This document shows positions 60,849-64,000 of a DNA stretch of 64,000 nucleotides, one piece after another. Position 1 is the first letter of the stretch. Each line of letters begins with the position of its first letter. Under the pieces are notes generated by a model. It searched no databases and was not told the origin of the DNA. It was given only the letters and a program-made list of their open reading frames with translations. The translations under genes were made by a program, and so were the position numbers. Source of the DNA: Angustibacter luteus (GTDB lineage: Bacteria > Actinomycetota > Actinomycetes > Actinomycetales > Angustibacteraceae); contig NZ_BAABFP010000008.1 in the NCBI RefSeq assembly GCF_039541115.1, positions 496,001-560,000 of the forward strand. Direction: 5' to 3'.

Positions 60849-60886
60849 GGCACGCTACGGTCGCGGTCGGCTGCAGATCCGGATGT
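60849..60886 (+). repeat. Array repeat (diverged A)
   Basis: GGCACG...GGTCGGCTGCAGATCCGGATGT abutting the TCA stop at 60887. Confidence 0.75.
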
Positions 60887-61099
60887 TCAGCTCGTGCCTC
60901 GATTCCGGACGAGGACAAGGTTCTGTGCACCGCAAGTTGGGCACCAGAGGCGGTACTCGCCATGGTTGGGCTCTTGCTCGCCGGCGGGGATCCAGTCCGC
61001 CCGCAACACGGCATCGCCAAGCTCGGGACAAGTCAGATCGACCATCCCTGTCTGGGTCACTTGGCGGGCAGCCTCAAGCCACCCCTCACGTCCGTCCAC
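60887..61099 (-). CDS. Small Cys-containing (Zn-ribbon-like) protein
   Basis: TAGCCT -10 six nt before GTG; CPELG...CPTCGAQN. Confidence 0.7.
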   Translation of the reverse strand: MDGREGWLEAARQVTQTGMVDLTCPELGDAVLRADWIPAGEQEPNHGEYRLWCPTCGAQNLVLVRNRGTS

Positions 61100-61162
61100 T
61101 CCCGCAGGCTAACCCGGTCGCCGTCATCCGCGGGCCACGCTGGCCAGGATGGGCGCGGCAGT

Positions 61163-61180
61163 GCACTCAACGCGGCATGA
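61163..61180 (+). repeat. Array repeat fragment
   Basis: GCACTCAACGCGGCATGA. Confidence 0.6.
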
Positions 61181-61189
61181 GAGTGCGGT

Positions 61190-61528
61190 TCAGCCGTGGT
61201 CGTGCCAGGCGTAGTACTGCCCCTGGCTTCGGGCGCGGCGGCGGCTCTTCTTGGTCATCCACGGGTACCGGTCGGCGATCCACGCCTCTGCCTGCTGTTC
61301 CTCACCGCTGGGCCACTGGCCTCCCAGACGGATGTGAACTTCTTCGATATGGGCCTCGATCGTTGAACGGGCCAGCTCCACGGCAGCCACGAGCGCATCC
61401 CGACCATCTTGCGGCTGGCTCGGAAAGAGTTCGGCGGCCAGCTCGGCTACGGGCCGGCGCCAGTTCGAGCCGAACTCAAGGGCAGCCTCGAATAGCCGGT
61501 TGAGGTCAGCGTCGTGGGGAGCAGCCAT
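61190..61528 (-). CDS. Hypothetical cassette protein
   Basis: CAGGAT -10 six nt before ATG; ALEFGSNW, YPWM, SQGQYYAWHDHG. Confidence 0.7.
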   Translation of the reverse strand: MAAPHDADLNRLFEAALEFGSNWRRPVAELAAELFPSQPQDGRDALVAAVELARSTIEAHIEEVHIRLGGQWPSGEEQQAEAWIADRYPWMTKKSRRRARSQGQYYAWHDHG

Positions 61529-61577
61529 GCGCACATCCTGCCGGTGCGCGACGTCAGCGTTCATGCTTCCAACAACG

Positions 61578-61604
61578 ACACGACTGAGCGCGGTCAGCGG
61601 CAGA
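61578..61604 (+). repeat. Array repeat fragment (A)
   Basis: ACACGACTGAGCGCGGTCAGCGGCAGA. Confidence 0.55.
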
Positions 61605-61647
61605 GGAGTATGGCCCCCGGCGCGCGCTGCACCGCTGCCGGGTGCGG

Positions 61648-62034
61648 TCATTGGAAGGGCTTCCCGTCAAGGATCGTTCCGTCTGTCTTGAAGCAAGAAG
61701 TCACGGCTTCGCGCGTCTCTCTTGTCCATCGTTCGAGCCACTCACTGGACTGCGTCGCCGGCCGTGCCAACCAGCTCTGCGCTGCGACCCGAACTAGAGC
61801 CTTGAACTGCTCAGGGGTTGAACGGCCAATCTCGAAGAGGTCTTCGAGCTCGGCCCAGGCGCAGTAGAGCTCACCTGCGTGGGGAAGTTCGGGATCATCG
61901 AGAAGGTCTTGCATCCGCGACCGGGTGATTGCCTGGTAGGCGGCCTCGGGGTCCGTTGCGGCAAGCGCTGCCCGTGCCGCTGGGTCTGTGTTTGACAGCA
62001 GCCGCCACTCTCGCTGCAACGCATCGCTGGTCAC
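61648..62034 (-). CDS. Hypothetical cassette protein
   Basis: TAGGTT -10 six nt before GTG. Confidence 0.65.
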   Translation of the reverse strand: MTSDALQREWRLLSNTDPAARAALAATDPEAAYQAITRSRMQDLLDDPELPHAGELYCAWAELEDLFEIGRSTPEQFKALVRVAAQSWLARPATQSSEWLERWTRETREAVTSCFKTDGTILDGKPFQ

Positions 62035-62092
62035 GATGGCAACCTACGACGCGCGATCCAGGGCAGGCCACGTCTTGGGATGAACTCAATCG

Positions 62093-62167
62093 CGGCCGCA
62101 CAAGCACGACCGCCCTCAACGCGGCAGATTCGGGCGAGCGTAGCCGCCCTCAACGCGGCGGATCCGG
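62093..62167 (+). repeat. Array repeat (B-B)
   Basis: GCACGACCGCCCTCAACGCGGCAGATTCGGGCGAGCGTAGCCGCCCTCAACGCGGCGGATCCGG abutting the TCA stop at 62168. Confidence 0.92.
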
Positions 62168-62554
62168 TCACTCGTAGATGGTGGCCGCCTGTAAGGCGTC
62201 GTTGACAACCTCCCATCCGTTGCCCGGAGGGACCCGGTCGCGGTTGTCGTAGTAGCCCCCCGAATCGGCGAGCCACGCGGCGAACGCCTCCAGGTACTCG
62301 TGCAAGGCAACATTCGTCCAAGGGGCACCACCGGCGGCATCGATAGCCAGTGCTCGTGCGGTCGCGATGACCCTGTCCCGCCCGCCGGCCAGAGATGCCG
62401 ACGGGCACCCGCCAGCTCCGCACTCGGTGTCGACGTCAGTATCGCCATGCTCGAACTCATAGTGAAAGCAGACATAGTGCATCCGCTCGAACACCTCATA
62501 CTGGGCGGCGCTCTCGCGGACGGGTCGATGGCATCGCTGGCATTCGAGAGTCAC
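62168..62554 (-). CDS. Cys/His-rich N-terminus plus immunity-like C-terminal domain
   Basis: CQRC..HYVCFHYEFEH..C....CP; W.N..L..YLEA.AAW..DS.GYY...AATIYE; CATGCT -10 six nt before GTG. Confidence 0.72.
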   Translation of the reverse strand: MTLECQRCHRPVRESAAQYEVFERMHYVCFHYEFEHGDTDVDTECGAGGCPSASLAGGRDRVIATARALAIDAAGGAPWTNVALHEYLEAFAAWLADSGGYYDNRDRVPPGNGWEVVNDALQAATIYE

Positions 62555-62596
62555 GGCGGCAGCATGCCAGTTGCCGAGCAAGAGTTTGTGCCAAGC

Positions 62597-62644
62597 CATC
62601 CGAACATCGGCACGACCGCGAAGGCTCAGCGGTAGAGCCGGGCG
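62597..62644 (+). repeat. Array repeat (module A only)
   Basis: CATCCGAACATCGGCACGACCGCGAAGGCTCAGCGGTAGAGCCGGGCG. Confidence 0.9.
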
Positions 62645-62714
62645 TCCTCCGTGCTCTGCCCTGGGGTTGTACGCCTGGCAGGCACTCGCGAATCCATCCC
62701 CCTACCCTGCTGGC

Positions 62715-62951
62715 ATGACCGATGACGGCGCCTCGGTTGGGTTCCCGGAAGACCTGGCAGGGCACTATTGGGCGCAGCTCGAGCGCACAGAGCCAAAGGG
62801 CCGATGGCGGTTTGCCGTGCTCGACTACCAGAACAACGTCTTGCTGACGGGACTCGCGACCAGTGAGCAGCAAGCGGCTCGTATCGTACGTGCCTGGGAT
62901 CAGATCATCGTCTCCGAGTTCGAGGGAAGCGAGGATCCGAGCATCGACTGA
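62715..62951 (+). CDS. Small hypothetical protein
   Basis: TACCCT -10 six nt before ATG. Confidence 0.65.
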   Translation: MTDDGASVGFPEDLAGHYWAQLERTEPKGRWRFAVLDYQNNVLLTGLATSEQQAARIVRAWDQIIVSEFEGSEDPSID

Positions 62952-63098
62952 TCGACGTCGCCGATCGGGCTGAGGCGTACCAAACCCGCACGGCGCAGGC
63001 CGACGGACAACGGCAGATTCGGTGGACGAACCGGCGGTTTGACTTACGTCTGGGTCGTACACGCCTCGCATGAGGGTCAGCACGCCGATACTGACGGT

Positions 63099-63347
63099 AT
63101 GACTCATCACCCGAGACTGACGACGACGTTTGGATACCTCGCCGTCGGCCTTGGCGTCCTTGCTTTCGGCCTGATCAGTGCCGCTGGCATGTCGAACATG
63201 GGGGACCCTGGACCCGGTGACTCGCTTGAACCGCCGCGCATCTTCTACGTCCTGACGGCCTGCGCTGGCGTTGCTGCAGTTCTCGCCGTCGCTGGGGGAC
63301 TCGCCTCTCTCGGCTCGTGGCTGCGATTCAGGCGCGACCAAGCGTGA
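63099..63347 (+). CDS. Small two-TM membrane protein
   Basis: GATACT -10 six nt before ATG; TGA overlaps the next repeat. Confidence 0.65.
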   Translation: MTHHPRLTTTFGYLAVGLGVLAFGLISAAGMSNMGDPGPGDSLEPPRIFYVLTACAGVAAVLAVAGGLASLGSWLRFRRDQA

Positions 63348-63428
63348 CGTCCGAAGATCGGCACAACCGCGCGGATCGCGGCACATCCGGGCGAGCGAAG
63401 CCGCCTTCACCGCGGCAGACCCGGACGT
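63347..63428 (+). repeat. Array repeat, full-length (A+B) with ACGTCCG/CGGACGT termini
   Basis: ACGTCCGAAGATCGGCACAACCGC...GCGGCAGACCCGGACGT. Confidence 0.92.
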
Positions 63429-63513
63429 AGACGGATTCGGTGCGTGCACTTCCGGCACGGCGCGTCGAACGTGGTGAACCTTGCCGGGTCGGCCGTTGGA
63501 CTTGTTCAGGCGT

Positions 63514-63813
63514 TCAGGGCGTGGCGTCAGGCTCGATTCGTCCTCGTCTGCGCGCCAGGCGCCAAAGAAGAGTTATGAGAATCGCGAGTCCCCAGGTAAC
63601 ACCAACGGCGCCATGAAGCAGCCGGTCCATTTTGGACCGACTCGGATCGCCCACGAAGCCGTCGCCGAGCCAGATCAACACCAAGAGAAAGAGCGGAGCA
63701 TCGTGCCAGCTCCACCGTTCAGGGAAGAGCTCACGACCGGCCGCAGCGGCCACGCACGCAGCTATCCCAAAGCCGATTGCCACGGCGTAGATAGCGACCG
63801 TCAGTACTTGCAC
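63514..63813 (-). CDS. Small three-TM membrane protein
   Basis: GATCCT -10 six nt before GTG; hydrophobic segments. Confidence 0.6.
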   Translation of the reverse strand: MQVLTVAIYAVAIGFGIAACVAAAAGRELFPERWSWHDAPLFLLVLIWLGDGFVGDPSRSKMDRLLHGAVGVTWGLAILITLLWRLARRRGRIEPDATP

Positions 63814-63851
63814 ACGAAGAGGATCGCACGTCGCGATACGGCCGGAGCGGG

Positions 63852-63933
63852 CATCCGAACATCGGCACAACCGCACTCGATCAGCGGCAGATCCGGGCGA
63901 GCGTAGCCGCCCTCAACGCGGCAGATCCGGATG
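63852..63933 (+). repeat. Array repeat, full-length 82 bp consensus-like copy
   Basis: CATCCGAACATCGGCACAACCGCACTCGATCAGCGGCAGATCCGGGCGAGCGTAGCCGCCCTCAACGCGGCAGATCCGGATG. Confidence 0.95.
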
Positions 63934-64000
63934 ACTTGGTGAGAATGGACAGATGTGGGAATGGGAGACGAGCGTGGTCCTGGTCCGGAGCGCCGCCGAT

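Larger units (their letters stand above)
46008..64000. other. Repeat-delimited gene-cassette-like array (continues past window end)
   Basis: About 30 short unrelated ORFs or remnants with about 25-29 same-orientation GCGGCAGATCCGG-containing repeats in the gaps. Confidence 0.8.

Noticed and set aside
62597..62599. Repeat supplying the ATG of the 62168-62599 ORF
   Set aside because: A better leaderless start (CATGCT-N6-GTG at 62554) exists; the ATG in the repeat end is probably incidental.
54373..63458. Short ORFs containing RAATLARIC / ARPDLPR / ALNAADP peptides as a repeated protein family
   Set aside because: These are translations of the non-coding repeat in different frames.
48000..64000. 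CRISPR array
   Set aside because: The intervening sequences are hundreds of bp long, variable and gene-containing; repeats are degenerate and modular; no cas genes are present.
48000..64000. Canonical integron with attC sites
   Set aside because: No conserved RYYYAAC/GTTRRRY boxes (the nearest is GTTCGGA on the minus strand, absent from several copies) and no intI in the window. Only the architecture is integron-like.
48000..64000. Repeats as simple rho-independent terminators
   Set aside because: No U-tracts, fixed strand regardless of gene direction, and copies also lie between divergent gene starts (for example 62597, 55270, 50763).
46000..64000. Prophage or IS cluster
   Set aside because: No recognisable structural, integrase or transposase genes.

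Overview
High-GC actinobacterial chromosome segment (taxon inferred from gene content and leaderless promoters). Positions 1-46 kb are ordinary core and accessory genes. They include a tRNA-Glu/Asp/Phe cluster, the ppa-dacB-tilS/hpt-ftsH-folE-folP-folB-folK region (tilS reads through in frame into hpt), a SoxR-box-controlled SDR + QueA-like pair, a MalT-like regulator/SulP/AI-2E module with a shared palindromic operator, phoA with a PHO box, a diguanylate cyclase and a csnREFGHK-like sugar operon. From about 46 kb to the window end the sequence changes character. Roughly 30 short, unrelated, visibly AT-richer genes and gene remnants (SMI1/KNR4 and other immunity-like proteins, VOC, APH, NUDIX, DinB, small membrane proteins) are separated by about 25-29 copies of one modular, structured repeat. 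The full form is 82 bp (CATCCGAACATCGGCACRACCGC...GCGGCAGATCCGG-GCGAGCGTAGCCGCCCTCAACGCGGCAGATC-CGGATG) and every copy is in the same orientation. This looks like an integron-like gene-cassette array built on a non-attC, non-CRISPR repeat. No recombinase is visible in the window, and the array runs off the right edge. All product calls are from motif recognition by eye, with no database searches.
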